16,472 bases of DNA, taken from positions 1 through 16,472 of the forward strand of contig JBEKES010000017.1 in assembly GCA_050013715.1 (NCBI GenBank), read 5' to 3'. Under the pieces are notes generated by a model. It saw nothing but the letters and a program-made list of their open reading frames with translations, had not been told where the DNA came from and ran no database searches. The position numbers were made by a program, and so were the translations under genes. Source of the DNA: Candidatus Micrarchaeaceae archaeon. GTDB taxonomy: Archaea; Micrarchaeota; Micrarchaeia; Micrarchaeales; Micrarchaeaceae. Shown piece after piece: positions 15,747 to 16,472 of this stretch (positions are counted from its first letter, which is position 1; each line of letters begins with the position of its first letter).

Positions 15747-16472
15747 TTATTTTATCTCGTAATACATCTCGATTGGATTTGTGTATCTCATATTTTCTTT
15801 ATTTGAGAGACTTTTAAGGAATTCCGCCCTTTTTGTGAGTTCTTCGTATATGTCTTCAATGCCAATTAAATTGTCCCTCATGTACTTCTCTATTATTTTT
15901 GATTTGTCCAGTTGCATTATATCCAATTTGCTTTCGTTCATCAGCCTTATGTTTGTGTAATCCTTTGCTATCATGTCATATTCATTGGCTTTTATCTCAT
16001 AGCGCTGCAGCCATTTGTATTCAGTAATTCCTGTTATTGCTGCGATTCCATTAACTTCCTGTATCAATACAGAAATATCAACCATATTCATGTTGTTTTT
16101 ATTTACTTTGAATTCTGAATTCAGTTTTTTTATCAGATTTCTGTTGCAGAATTCTCCATTTACTGATGCAACAAAAGATACGCCGAATTTTGCAAGCTCA
16201 AATACATCAGCAAGAAATTCGTTTGCTTTCTCAATTATTATCCTGTCTGGAATTATTCTATTTGCAACGTCTATTTGACCTTCAATCGAATTTCCTAATG
16301 CATGAGCATTTATGAAGTTTAATCTGTTATCGAACTTGTTGGATTTACCTATTATCTGAGTGGTGTGGTGATTCGGCACAAGAATGCCTAGCGTGTCCAT
16401 GAAATCATTTGCATTTGCGCTGTTGTCCGCAAGCAAAAGCATGTTGCGCTGTTCTTCCATGCAAATCCAAAG
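15747..16472 (-). CDS. C-terminal part of a degenerate VirB11/CpaF/FlaI-like secretion ATPase (partial at window edge)
   Basis: Frame open to the edge: LWICMEEQRNMLLL (compare AYLWLAxExxxNILI), PDRIII, ITGITEY.W, terminal EEL..RAEFL..L; Walker A and B residues lost. Confidence 0.65.
   Translation of the reverse strand, partial: LWICMEEQRNMLLLADNSANANDFMDTLGILVPNHHTTQIIGKSNKFDNRLNFINAHALGNSIEGQIDVANRIIPDRIIIEKANEFLADVFELAKFGVSFVASVNGEFCNRNLIKKLNSEFKVNKNNMNMVDISVLIQEVNGIAAITGITEYKWLQRYEIKANEYDMIAKDYTNIRLMNESKLDIMQLDKSKIIEKYMRDNLIGIEDIYEELTKRAEFLKSLSNKENMRYTNPIEMYYEIK

Overview
AT-rich archaeal window. A DPANN, Micrarchaeota-like origin is inferred from TATA-type promoters, relaxed-BHB tRNA introns including one in a T-loop, and archaeal-type FtsZ and VapBC genes. 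The left two-thirds carries DUF488, glnA plus an uncalled 52-aa Cys-rich ORF, an intron-containing tRNA-Met(CAT), a VapBC pair, an ICMT-family methyltransferase, Nudix-guaB-purD, an NRAMP-family transporter that appears to start at ATA, ftsZ and a small C2H2 zinc-finger protein. The main finding is at 10687-15700. A tRNA-His(GTG) gene on the - strand is followed by five further copies of its 3' end embedded in conserved composite sites. These sites separate five compact, co-oriented, integrase-free gene units of 0.75-1.3 kb (C39 peptidase; two hypotheticals; Tgs1-like methyltransferase; HD hydrolase; cupin plus VapBC). The arm distribution resembles attL, four attP-like sites and attR, which suggests an integron-like cassette array anchored on a tRNA. 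A one-unit version sits at tRNA-Met. The tRNA-Met intron also appears to contain a minimal box C'/D' guide aimed at its own C34.
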